From a virus (lineage: Duplodnaviria > Caudoviricetes), in IMG/VR virus record IMGVR_UViG_2595698517_000001, positions 1-64,000 of that record: DNA of 64,000 nucleotides; one strand, 5' to 3'. Within the stretch, counting starts at the first letter, position 1. Every line of letters begins with the position of its first letter. The notes below the pieces were generated by a model. It ran no database searches, was not told where the DNA came from, and was given only the letters and a program-made list of their open reading frames with translations. A program made the translations under genes and the position numbers. This document shows positions 26,711 through 34,941 of this stretch, one piece after another.

Positions 26711-27075
26711 CGCTTGTTGACAAAATATATTTCTTGTGCATGGTTGACAATATCTCCATTCTGTGCTTTGAACTTCTCATGTGTATATGGATTGTAGTAC
26801 ACCTCTTCTGTGAGGTGGCTCGGTTTCTCTATATCAACCCCTAAAAGTATTCCAGTTACCCACGCATGAACCCGTTTACGCTTGCTTTCTAGAATCTTTT
26901 TACGACCTGATTCCCCTACATGGAATTTACCGTCTGCCAGGTGCACAGTTTCCGCATACGCTACCACAAGCCCGCTTTTAGCGTCTACTAGTGAAAACCT
27001 TCCTTGCTGATTCAAGTTAACATATACTTTGACCTTTTGACCTGCTTCTACTGTGCGACCTTTGACCAATTCCAT
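26686..27075 (-). CDS. Conserved phage hypothetical protein
   Basis: VKVYVNL...RKRVHAWVTG...YYNPY; RBS AGGAGG. Confidence 0.8.
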   Translation of the reverse strand: MELVKGRTVEAGQKVKVYVNLNQQGRFSLVDAKSGLVVAYAETVHLADGKFHVGESGRKKILESKRKRVHAWVTGILLGVDIEKPSHLTEEVYYNPYTHEKFKAQNGDIVNHAQEIYFVNKRCYIQKGE

Positions 27076-27087
27076 TTGTACAACCTC

Positions 27088-27303
27088 CTAGTTATTTTCC
27101 AATTCGAACCGAACTTTTTCGGCTAGTATAGTTATATCAATTGCTTTCAACTTCATATCGCTTTTAAGATGGCTATTAGCCCACGTAACCCCGTTATCTA
27201 TCAGTTGGGATACATTCCCCTCTGTTAGCTCCATATCGCTGTTAGCGTCTTCTACAGCGCTGTAGAATACCATGTCTAGAAACTGCCTTCTCTCATCGCT
27301 CAT
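27088..27303 (-). CDS. Early hypothetical protein
   Basis: ORF in co-directional array. Confidence 0.65.
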   Translation of the reverse strand: MSDERRQFLDMVFYSAVEDANSDMELTEGNVSQLIDNGVTWANSHLKSDMKLKAIDITILAEKVRFELENN

Positions 27304-27408
27304 ATTACCGCATCCCCAATACTATTAAGTGTGAATAGAGTACAAGCAAACCATATAATGCAAGCCCACAAACTAGAACCTTTAGCGAACCTCTTCCAAA
27401 CTCTTTCA

Positions 27409-27798
27409 TCAATAGTTTTCCTCCTGTTCTTCCCACTCTTCATAGTCGGCTTGTGCGTCCTCAATATTATCTTCATGTAGTCGAACATACTCGACTAGTT
27501 TTTCCGTATCGAATGCATAGTCTACATCTTCCATAACATAATATTCTTCATGGCTACCAATTAACACCAGTGCATAATTTTCAGCTATTTCCAGGCGGAA
27601 AATATCACTCACATATTCGCTAGTCATCTTCCCGTTTTCATCGAATACTTGAAAGGCTATCATATCACTAGTTTCAAACTCGTAACCTTTCCACTTGCCT
27701 TCTGTATCCTGGTATTTTCTAACAAACTTGATAGTAGTGTCGCTGCCTTCCCCGTTAACAATTTGACCGATACTATTAATAATTTTCATAGTGTACAC
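27409..27798 (-). CDS. Early acidic hypothetical protein
   Basis: RBS AGGAG. Confidence 0.75.
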   Translation of the reverse strand: MYTMKIINSIGQIVNGEGSDTTIKFVRKYQDTEGKWKGYEFETSDMIAFQVFDENGKMTSEYVSDIFRLEIAENYALVLIGSHEEYYVMEDVDYAFDTEKLVEYVRLHEDNIEDAQADYEEWEEQEENY

Positions 27799-27846
27799 GC
27801 TCCTAATATTTTTTAGTGGTGACGGGGAACAAGTCCCCGCCTGGTG

Positions 27847-28155
27847 TTAGTTTTCTACTACAAAGAATACTTCTTCTTCTTCTTCATCATAAGCGACTGC
27901 CCACAAGCGACCGTCTTCAGTGATAGCGAAATATGATAGATAAACGCCTTCATGCTCGTAGTCCCCGTTACAAATGTTATACATTGCGTAGTCGCCTGAA
28001 GATACATAAGCAAGCCCTAATCCTTCAGCGTTTGTTAATAATGCATCATCATGATACATTTCGTCAATGATAGCGTCAATCCCGTAAAGCTCAACGTTTG
28101 ACATCTCTTTTTTAAAGCTCGCAGTTGGGTTATAAGAAGTTTGATATAATTTCAT
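27847..28155 (-). CDS. Early acidic hypothetical protein
   Basis: RBS AAGGTGG before MKLYQ. Confidence 0.75.
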   Translation of the reverse strand: MKLYQTSYNPTASFKKEMSNVELYGIDAIIDEMYHDDALLTNAEGLGLAYVSSGDYAMYNICNGDYEHEGVYLSYFAITEDGRLWAVAYDEEEEEVFFVVEN

Positions 28156-28194
28156 TTTAGTTTCCACCTTTTCATTTTTAGTTTTTTTTATCAT

Positions 28195-28210
28195 TGTTTC
28201 ACATGAAACA
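28195..28210. promoter_or_regulatory. parS-like palindrome
   Basis: TGTTTCACATGAAACA, 15/16 to parS TGTTTCACGTGAAACA, intergenic. Confidence 0.65.
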
Positions 28211-28212
28211 TT

Positions 28213-28656
28213 TTATAGATTATTGCGTAAACAGTCACCAAGGTGTACAGGCGTATCGTATATAAAGAAGTACGGGTTGTTCTCGCCTGTTTCCTCTTCC
28301 TCGTGGTCTTTAGTTTCTGAGATGAAGAATACCTTTTCCCCGTCTTCCTCTACGTATCCAAAAACCTTTCCATCATCGGATATGTCAATGACCTGGAATC
28401 CTGTACCGTTAACCGCATCATATGCAACCACTGGTTTTTTACCTGCTGAGAACTCCAACCATTGTTCTAAGATTGGGTGGTTTTCCAGGTCGTATTTCAA
28501 CCCGTTTAAATCATGCTCATTAGTAACTTCTAAGTTGTGATAGATGTCGCTTTCATCAGTTGTTTCTGCTAGGTAAAACTTTAATGATGTAAGTAACCCC
28601 GCTGCTGTATTCAATTCTTTTTCCCCACATTTGATATAATCCATTTTATATTCCAC
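28213..28656 (-). CDS. Early acidic hypothetical protein
   Basis: RBS AAAGGTGG, own promoter upstream. Confidence 0.75.
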   Translation of the reverse strand: MEYKMDYIKCGEKELNTAAGLLTSLKFYLAETTDESDIYHNLEVTNEHDLNGLKYDLENHPILEQWLEFSAGKKPVVAYDAVNGTGFQVIDISDDGKVFGYVEEDGEKVFFISETKDHEEEETGENNPYFFIYDTPVHLGDCLRNNL

Positions 28657-28697
28657 CTTTACGATTTAGTTTGGCGTTGCTTTATGTTTCTGTAATC

Positions 28698-28726
28698 ATT
28701 ATCTCATCTTGTTTTCTAAAAGTCAA
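28698..28726 (-). promoter_or_regulatory. Early sigma-A promoter with conserved spacer
   Basis: TTGACT-TTTAGAAAACAAGATGA-GATAAT. Confidence 0.65.
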
Positions 28727-28735
28727 CAACATTTT

Positions 28736-28969
28736 TTAATTTGTTTTTCCTTCTAGTGAATGCCAGTAAAAATGTTTGTAAGCGATTGGCGTTGTAATCG
28801 TTCCGCCTGCTAATTCATCCGCTATGACAACCGCCTGGTCATTTATAGAAAGAATCTTTCCATGATAGCGGTATGACTGCTTTCCTTCAGTGGTGCAGAT
28901 GGTTACCGTATCACCAACTTGTGCAGCAGCTTTAAACTTCTGAATGCCTTCATTGTTCATGTTCGGCAC
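28736..28969 (-). CDS. Early hypothetical protein
   Basis: RBS AAAAGGAG. Confidence 0.7.
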   Translation of the reverse strand: MPNMNNEGIQKFKAAAQVGDTVTICTTEGKQSYRYHGKILSINDQAVVIADELAGGTITTPIAYKHFYWHSLEGKTN

Positions 28970-29013
28970 GCTCCTTTTATTTAGTTGTTTGTGTGTTCCC
29001 TTATCTGTCTCTT

Positions 29014-29042
29014 ACTTTACATGATTGTTTTCTAAAGGTCAA
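29014..29042 (-). promoter_or_regulatory. Early sigma-A promoter with conserved spacer
   Basis: TTGACC-TTTAGAAAACAATCATG-TAAAGT. Confidence 0.65.
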
Positions 29043-29112
29043 CAACAAAATGCAAATTTCTTTAAAAAACTTTTCCTTCTATTATAGGGAAAATAAATCA
29101 TTCCAACGTCCT

Positions 29113-30110
29113 AGTTATCAGAATATTCAGTGTATTTAACTTTTTGAATGTTCTGATCCGACTGCTGAGACGATCGTAACTATATCGTAAAATTAGAATT
29201 AAAAAATTGTCTGAATATTCTGTAAATGGTGCTCTCACCCACGATCCAAATTATTGTCTTAATTTTCAGAATTGTCAGAATACTTAGAATAGTCATAATA
29301 GTAACTACATTTAGTCTATAGGATATAGGCAAAATACAGCCCAGGTTATACAGTCCTATGATTCATTTTAAGGCACCCAGGAGCCCGCACACGGGTTTTT
29401 ACGCTCCATCCCTAACAAGTGTATTACCTAGACCGCTAGAAACGCACCTGGGCAATTTGAGGTAGTAAAACCCACCTATACCAGGCGTTTAGAAATTGTC
29501 AGAATATTCTGCTCATTATACACATTATAATTATCTGACAATTAGTTTCATACTTTCAGCGATATGTCAAGTAAACAGTGTATTCTAAATATTCTGACAA
29601 TTGGAGCAGGGCTATACCATACACGACACGCTATGTCAAGTTAAAAGTATATTCTGAATTGTCAGTCAATTTAGTTTCATGTATATACCCAACTGTCAAG
29701 TAAAAAGAATATTCAGTCAATTCAAAATCATAAATATAGCACGATGTCAAGTAGTTAATATATTTAGAATAGTCTGACAATTATACGTGCAGCTGCTACC
29801 ACATATAATAGCTAGTGTCAAGTTAATAGTTTATTCTGAATTGTCAGTAAATTATAATCATTACAAGATGATACTATATGCAGAATATTAAATAGTCAGT
29901 CAATTTAGAATCATGAATATAGTATAGTGTCAAGTTAATTATATATTCTGAATTGTCAGTTAATTTTAATGATTCTAAAGTAAGAGCCTATATAGTATAC
30001 AGAATAGTCTGACAATTATAATTAGTATAGTTATCTGAATTGCTTAAATATTCTGACAATTGATTACACGGGCTCCTGGTATTTATAATTGACGAAATAT
30101 TCTGACAATT
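29113..30110. repeat. Non-coding array of CodY-box-like 15-mers with interspersed TGTCAAG elements
   Basis: AATTGTCWGAATATT / AATATTCTGACAATT variants at 29113, 29205, 29261, 29270, 29494, 29529, 29588, 29657, 29708, 29768, 29839, 29891, 29951, 30003, 30047, 30096. Confidence 0.85.
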
Positions 30111-30138
30111 TTCCTCGGGCGGCTCGTCCAATCCTGGT

Positions 30139-30294
30139 GCAGGGAGCTACTAGCAATTTCGACCTTTTTGCAGGGAGCTACTAAGGTTTTCAGACTTGGC
30201 GCAGGGAGCTACTAGTAAATTACCCCTATAAAAGAAACTCCCTACTTGGTGCAGGGAGCTACTTACGTTTTACTATATGGTGCAGGGAGCTACT
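30139..30294. repeat. Five exact direct repeats GCAGGGAGCTACT
   Basis: Starts 30139, 30170, 30201, 30251, 30282 (periods 31, 31, 50, 31). Confidence 0.95.
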
Positions 30295-30580
30295 AGAGTT
30301 CCTTGACAATTGGTACGAATGTTGGATCAAGTACGTTGTATATATCCTCTGCGTCTTCCCCTGTGATCTCATTCAGTATAGCTGCCGCTGCTTCAAACAC
30401 GTCTAGCTTGACCGTACGGTTCTTTGAACGCTTCCAACCCTCATTACCTAGCTTCCATTCTACGATCGCTATATAAGCTTGTCCTTTAAGCGTACAGTGT
30501 ATAATATCATGTCGTACCTTATCAGACACCTTAACCTCTCCTATTTGTACCTCTGTGTCCCATTTAAACTCTTTAGCCAT
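30293..30580 (-). CDS. PC4/YdbC-like ssDNA-binding protein (tentative)
   Basis: Beta-strand pattern LKGQAYIAIVEW...GWKRSK...VKLDVF then helix; RBS AGGAGGAG. Confidence 0.55.
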   Translation of the reverse strand: MAKEFKWDTEVQIGEVKVSDKVRHDIIHCTLKGQAYIAIVEWKLGNEGWKRSKNRTVKLDVFEAAAAILNEITGEDAEDIYNVLDPTFVPIVKEL

Positions 30581-30887
30581 TCCTAACTCCTCCTATCCAA
30601 TTCTTAGCGATCACATTATGTGTCTTCATACCATAAGACTCAGTTACCTCTTCAGTCAGTACTAGCACATTATAGTGTGTTTGTAGCATATGATTAACTA
30701 CAGTCTTACTAGCAAGCCTATGACGACCTATAATACCTGGGCTATCCTTCCATACTACAAACTTATCAGTAGTACCTGCCATACGTACGAATACTATATG
30801 GGCACTAAAGGCACCTGCGAATCTGCGATGCATTAAGTCCATATCAGTCTTCTGATCCTGCGCCTTCTTACGGAACCAACTAAGCAT
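30573..30887 (-). CDS. Hypothetical protein
   Basis: RBS GGAGGGG, coupled. Confidence 0.7.
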   Translation of the reverse strand: MLSWFRKKAQDQKTDMDLMHRRFAGAFSAHIVFVRMAGTTDKFVVWKDSPGIIGRHRLASKTVVNHMLQTHYNVLVLTEEVTESYGMKTHNVIAKNWIGGVRNG

Positions 30888-31105
30888 TACTCCCCCTCCT
30901 TGTATACTACAAACTCATTTGCAAGGAAGTAATTAAGTCCTGCCCCTGCTACTCTAATTTCCTTACTAGGGCTATCCAATTCCATTACCCATAAGCGATT
31001 ACCACTAATACAATAAGCACATATGTTAGAACCTTTAGCTACAAGCCAATTAGTCTTCATTTTCTCAAGAGCAGCGAATCCTTTATACGTCTTCTCGTTT
31101 TCCAT
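30887..31105 (-). CDS. Hypothetical protein
   Basis: RBS GAGGAG. Confidence 0.7.
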   Translation of the reverse strand: MENEKTYKGFAALEKMKTNWLVAKGSNICAYCISGNRLWVMELDSPSKEIRVAGAGLNYFLANEFVVYKEGE

Positions 31106-31247
31106 TACGTATCTCCTCAGCTTCCTGTTTAAGTTTAGCTATCCTGGCATCAGTCTCCTGCTTCTGCTTCATAAAACGTTCGTAGTCCGCTTGAGATAGC
31201 TTAGGTCTCTTACGTCTAGGTACTGCATAGTGAACCCACTCACGCAT
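31083..31247 (-). CDS. 54-aa hypothetical protein not in ORF track (MREWVHYAVPRRKRPK...)
   Basis: RBS AGGAGG; fills gap between neighbours. Confidence 0.6.
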   Translation of the reverse strand: MREWVHYAVPRRKRPKLSQADYERFMKQKQETDARIAKLKQEAEEIRNGKREDV

Positions 31248-31259
31248 ACTATATACCTC

Positions 31260-31508
31260 CTATCGTTTAAATCCTCTATACTTAGCAGCAGCGGGACGTA
31301 TCTTCTTAGCCTTGTCCCAAAACTGACGTAGTATCTTCTTCTGTGACAGCCCTGCACCGTCATAAGAGAAAGTCGTGTTCGTAGTATGATTCGTATAGTG
31401 ACCATATAAACCATTCTCACCCTCGATCAGTACTAATGTGAATACGCCCCCTATGTCAAATGTCCTGGGCTCGTTAACTATGTATACAGGTTGTTCGTTC
31501 GTAAGCAT
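31260..31508 (-). CDS. Hypothetical protein
   Basis: RBS GGAGG; TTGACT promoter near 31560. Confidence 0.7.
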   Translation of the reverse strand: MLTNEQPVYIVNEPRTFDIGGVFTLVLIEGENGLYGHYTNHTTNTTFSYDGAGLSQKKILRQFWDKAKKIRPAAAKYRGFKR

Positions 31509-31690
31509 ACTATAACCTCCCCTCTATATACTCTATATACTACAACACTGTATACCCACAGTCAACAACTAATTAGCAAATAAACACATATACTATACAT
31601 ATAACGGGAAATATAAGCATATAATACTCATTTATCCTCAAATAACGCAAAAAAGAACTGCCCCGTTAAGAGCAGCCCTTATACTATGTA

Positions 31691-31975
31691 TTATTCTTCT
31701 GTAGCAGCACCGTTTGCCTTCTCATTTACTTTCCTAGCTGAACATGTAGGACAATACCATTGTTGAGCCCCTGTGCCCATCTTTTCGCTCGTCCATCCCA
31801 TATTCATTGCTTCAGTACGTGCTTCTGTTAATAACTGTGCTATAAGCGGCTTACTATCAGCGCATTCGTCACAGTGTATTGTATATGCTAGTGAGATCAT
31901 ATAATTTTCACCTGCCTGTCCATTTAGTTTATAGATGCAGTTATGAGAGTCTAGTCTGAGGAGCATCCCAAACAC
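31691..31975 (-). CDS. Zinc-finger hypothetical protein (start probably at MISLAY)
   Basis: CDEC...GW...WYCPTC. Confidence 0.6.
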   Translation of the reverse strand: MFGMLLRLDSHNCIYKLNGQAGENYMISLAYTIHCDECADSKPLIAQLLTEARTEAMNMGWTSEKMGTGAQQWYCPTCSARKVNEKANGAATEE

Positions 31976-32049
31976 AAAACCTGGGGCTCTAGTCCTATCG
32001 AGTGTTTTTTGACTTTGGGAGTCGTAAGTGTGTTTTGCGTTCTAATAGT

Positions 32050-32520
32050 CACTATCGCCTATATAAGGTGTCAGTACGTTCCATTCTACTGTATATGTGT
32101 TAGGCTCCTATAAGGTATATAGTATATAAGGTTGAAAACATGAAGGTTCTATCGTATATTACAACTCATTATAACTTTCGACTTTTGGGTGTGTACTATA
32201 GGTGTAATTCGCTCTTTCCTATATAAGTTATTAGTTGTTGTTTTATTATAGTTATAGTTATACCTGCAATCCTTATATACTATATAGTGTGTATGGTTAC
32301 TCTCTGACTGTTCTCTCATACTGCTCTATATACTAAATGTTACTGTTAGGGATCATTACGTTGTACTTGCCTTATACTATATAGCGCTTTGAAGTATACT
32401 CACTCTTACATGCGTTGCTTACATGTTGGTTGCTTTTATGTTTCATACTCTACTCTATATACTATGTATACTTCTCTGCTTTACATCATAGGCTGTAGTG
32501 TTTTACTATATAGTATATGC
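32050..32520. repeat. Non-coding region rich in CTATATAG/TATAC near-palindromes
   Basis: CCTATATAAG, TACTATATAG, CTCTATATACT variants recur about ten times. Confidence 0.6.
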
Positions 32521-32584
32521 TTGTACGTTTGTAGTGAATTTGTCTTACGTTTATTATAGTAGCATGTTGTGTTCAGAACGTCAA

Positions 32585-32866
32585 CTACTTTTCATTATCT
32601 TTATTATCTTCTACTATTACTTCTTGTATAGCTAGGATTACTCCTTTATCTTTGAGAATGTCTAATATATACTCTTGTAGTTGTTTTTGATTAATTGGTT
32701 CTGTTAATGCTGCTGTGTATACACCTTTTCGCATGTATAAGGTTTTATAGGTACGTTTCTTCTTTGCTTCTTTCTGTATACATGCTTCACAAGCCCAAGG
32801 GTGTTCTTCAGGTTGTGTGCTTGATGTTTCATAGTTTGGTTCATTACAGTGGATACATGTTTTCAT
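32585..32866 (-). CDS. Zn-binding hypothetical protein
   Basis: CIHC...CEAC. Confidence 0.65.
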   Translation of the reverse strand: MKTCIHCNEPNYETSSTQPEEHPWACEACIQKEAKKKRTYKTLYMRKGVYTAALTEPINQKQLQEYILDILKDKGVILAIQEVIVEDNKDNEK

Positions 32867-33126
32867 TATTGTTCCTCTCCTCTACCGTATACTCTGTTTA
32901 CTGTTGCTACTTTGTCTAGGTATACTGCATATGTTATCTTACCTTCTGTGTAATCTTTGTTTAGTTGTTCGATTAGTGTAACGTATGGCATTTCCCCTGC
33001 TACTCTTCTACATTCTTCTAGTAGCTTTACCTTGTTCTTCTCCTGGTTTAGTCTAGCTGCTAGGTAGCCTATGATCCCGCCTGATATGGTCATGGTTAAT
33101 ATGATTGTGATTTGGTATGCGTTCAT
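32866..33126 (-). CDS. Small membrane protein
   Basis: N-terminal TM. Confidence 0.65.
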   Translation of the reverse strand: MNAYQITIILTMTISGGIIGYLAARLNQEKNKVKLLEECRRVAGEMPYVTLIEQLNKDYTEGKITYAVYLDKVATVNRVYGRGEEQ

Positions 33127-33365
33127 ATGTCTAAATACTCCTCGTTTAGTTTTCTACCTTCTATATACATGAAATGCTTAAAAGTTTGAGGAAGTGTCGG
33201 TAATAAGACTACTTGGTAATGTACTTCTACTTTGAATCCATCATCTAATAGCTTATCTTTATGCTCTGTTACTGCTTTTAAGAAAAACGTTCTGTCTGTG
33301 TGTTCTATAATAGCTGTTTCTACTATATACTTGTGTACTTGGTTCTTTGCGTTTTCAGGATTCAT
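33123..33365 (-). CDS. Hypothetical protein
   Basis: RBS AAGGGGG. Confidence 0.65.
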   Translation of the reverse strand: MNPENAKNQVHKYIVETAIIEHTDRTFFLKAVTEHKDKLLDDGFKVEVHYQVVLLPTLPQTFKHFMYIEGRKLNEEYLDI

Positions 33366-33494
33366 CTCATTTCCCCCTTGTATTTGTTATTTAGATGGGA
33401 CATACAACTTACGTATACTTCGTAGGTGATTTCTTTGTTCTCGTATGCTTTTGTAATACGATCGTGCATGTAATCGTAGTAGTCTTGCTGCATA

Positions 33495-34139
33495 TCAGTC
33501 TACCTTCCCTTTATATGCGGACGTAATGATTGCTCTTACCCATTTGTGAGCATCTTCGTCTACCTTACCGTGGTGTTTGAATGTGTCAAGCTGTTTCATT
33601 ATTTCCTCGTATCTTTCGACTGACATCATTATCTCTGCTACGGTTTCCTCTATAGTAGGCTCTGCTTGTGCTTCCTTCATTAGCTTTTCTATTACAGGGA
33701 TCAATGATTGAACAGCTATCATATCCTCTGCATGTGTTTTAGTCGCTAACGGATGTGGGTTCATCTGTCTTCTAACTATCTTTTCTTCCTGTTTCTTTAA
33801 CCATTCGAGCTGCATAGGTAACGTATACTTCTCAGGCTCTATCATTTGTACCTCTCTGAAGTGGTTCGTAAGCTTTTCTTTGTCTACTGGGTGCTTCTCT
33901 CCAAACTCATCTGTAAACACCATGTAGTTAGGCTCCTTGCCTTCATATGCACTGTATATCTTTCCTCTAGTGAAAGACTTATACGGTTTTAATCCTCTCA
34001 TGTTTAAGCATAAGTAATGTTTCATAACAGTTTCTCTCATAATGTGTTCCTCCTGGTCATGTAATTTGTGTAGCGCTTTGTAGTTCTCTTTAATCGTTTG
34101 CCTAATCATAGCCTTCTTCCTGGTCTTTTTCATACACAC
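33495..34139 (-). CDS. Hypothetical protein
   Basis: RBS AAGGAG. Confidence 0.7.
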   Translation of the reverse strand: MCMKKTRKKAMIRQTIKENYKALHKLHDQEEHIMRETVMKHYLCLNMRGLKPYKSFTRGKIYSAYEGKEPNYMVFTDEFGEKHPVDKEKLTNHFREVQMIEPEKYTLPMQLEWLKKQEEKIVRRQMNPHPLATKTHAEDMIAVQSLIPVIEKLMKEAQAEPTIEETVAEIMMSVERYEEIMKQLDTFKHHGKVDEDAHKWVRAIITSAYKGKVD

Positions 34140-34144
34140 TCTCC

Positions 34145-34363
34145 TTAGAACGCAGGTGTTAAGAGTTTGGCATTGTCACCAGTTTGGAACGGGCTTATAA
34201 CTCTTTTAGCCATACCTTGTACTCGTAACCTGCCGCTATTCGTAATAGTTACCTCGTTAACTTTGTAAATCTCATAGTAGCTGCCACTGTATAAAAATAC
34301 ATCACCTACCTTTACTGTTCCATCATTAAATGCTGCATTAAACGGTACCTTCGCTGCTGCCAT
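34145..34363 (-). CDS. Hypothetical protein
   Basis: RBS GAGGAGG. Confidence 0.7.
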   Translation of the reverse strand: MAAAKVPFNAAFNDGTVKVGDVFLYSGSYYEIYKVNEVTITNSGRLRVQGMAKRVISPFQTGDNAKLLTPAF

Positions 34364-34778
34364 GTTTACCCTCCTCTACTAAGCTTTCTAGAAATTTAAG
34401 CTCCCATGTCTTAGACTGTAGTTCTCCTACTCGTAATCCGTATGAGACGTGAGCACCTATAGGTAAATTAGTGTCACTAGCATCATAACCTACTACATCG
34501 TCATGCTCATCTAGCTCAACAATTCTGTCTTTAACAAACTGTATTCGTTCCTTAATCTTCTTTTCCTCTAGCTCTATTAGTTCTTCCAGGAACGCTATTT
34601 CCATTTCCTTTGCTCCGATTCTACCTTCTTCTGTGCCCCACGTTCTGAATCCATGCTTCGATAGGTTATCTTCCCTACTCTTATAATGGTTCACACGAGG
34701 TTCTATACGATGTTCTATTTGTCGTTCTAAGAAGGATTTTCTATGCTTAAGCTTTTCAATCAGTGTCTTCTGCTTCAT
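34338..34778 (-). CDS. Hypothetical protein
   Basis: RBS GAGGAGG. Confidence 0.7.
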   Translation of the reverse strand: MKQKTLIEKLKHRKSFLERQIEHRIEPRVNHYKSREDNLSKHGFRTWGTEEGRIGAKEMEIAFLEELIELEEKKIKERIQFVKDRIVELDEHDDVVGYDASDTNLPIGAHVSYGLRVGELQSKTWELKFLESLVEEGKHGSSEGTV

Positions 34779-34941
34779 GACACTTCTCCTCCTCTTTTAT
34801 CAGTCTACTTAAGCCTAGCAGTGATAATCCTCCGAATATATACCAGTACCATGCGATGTTAAAATACTTTCCTACATATACTATCCCTGCACCGATCACA
34901 AGTGTAAGGATTGCACATATAATTTCTTCTTTTAAACTCAT
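34756..34941 (-). CDS. Small membrane protein
   Basis: Two TM helices. Confidence 0.65.
   Translation of the reverse strand: MSLKEEIICAILTLVIGAGIVYVGKYFNIAWYWYIFGGLSLLGLSRLIKEEEKCHEAEDTD

Noticed and set aside
29494-29965. Repeat-spacer units as a degenerate CRISPR array
   Set aside because: Unit lengths vary from 51 to 112 bp and the conserved parts resolve into CodY-like boxes and -35 hexamers
30139-30294. 13-bp repeats as a mini-CRISPR array
   Set aside because: Repeats and 18-bp spacers are too short, one period is irregular, and no cas genes are in the window
30887-31105. Tad2-like anti-Thoeris sponge
   Set aside because: Only vague terminal similarity; lacks the RxGWNG and WxPxQxD motifs
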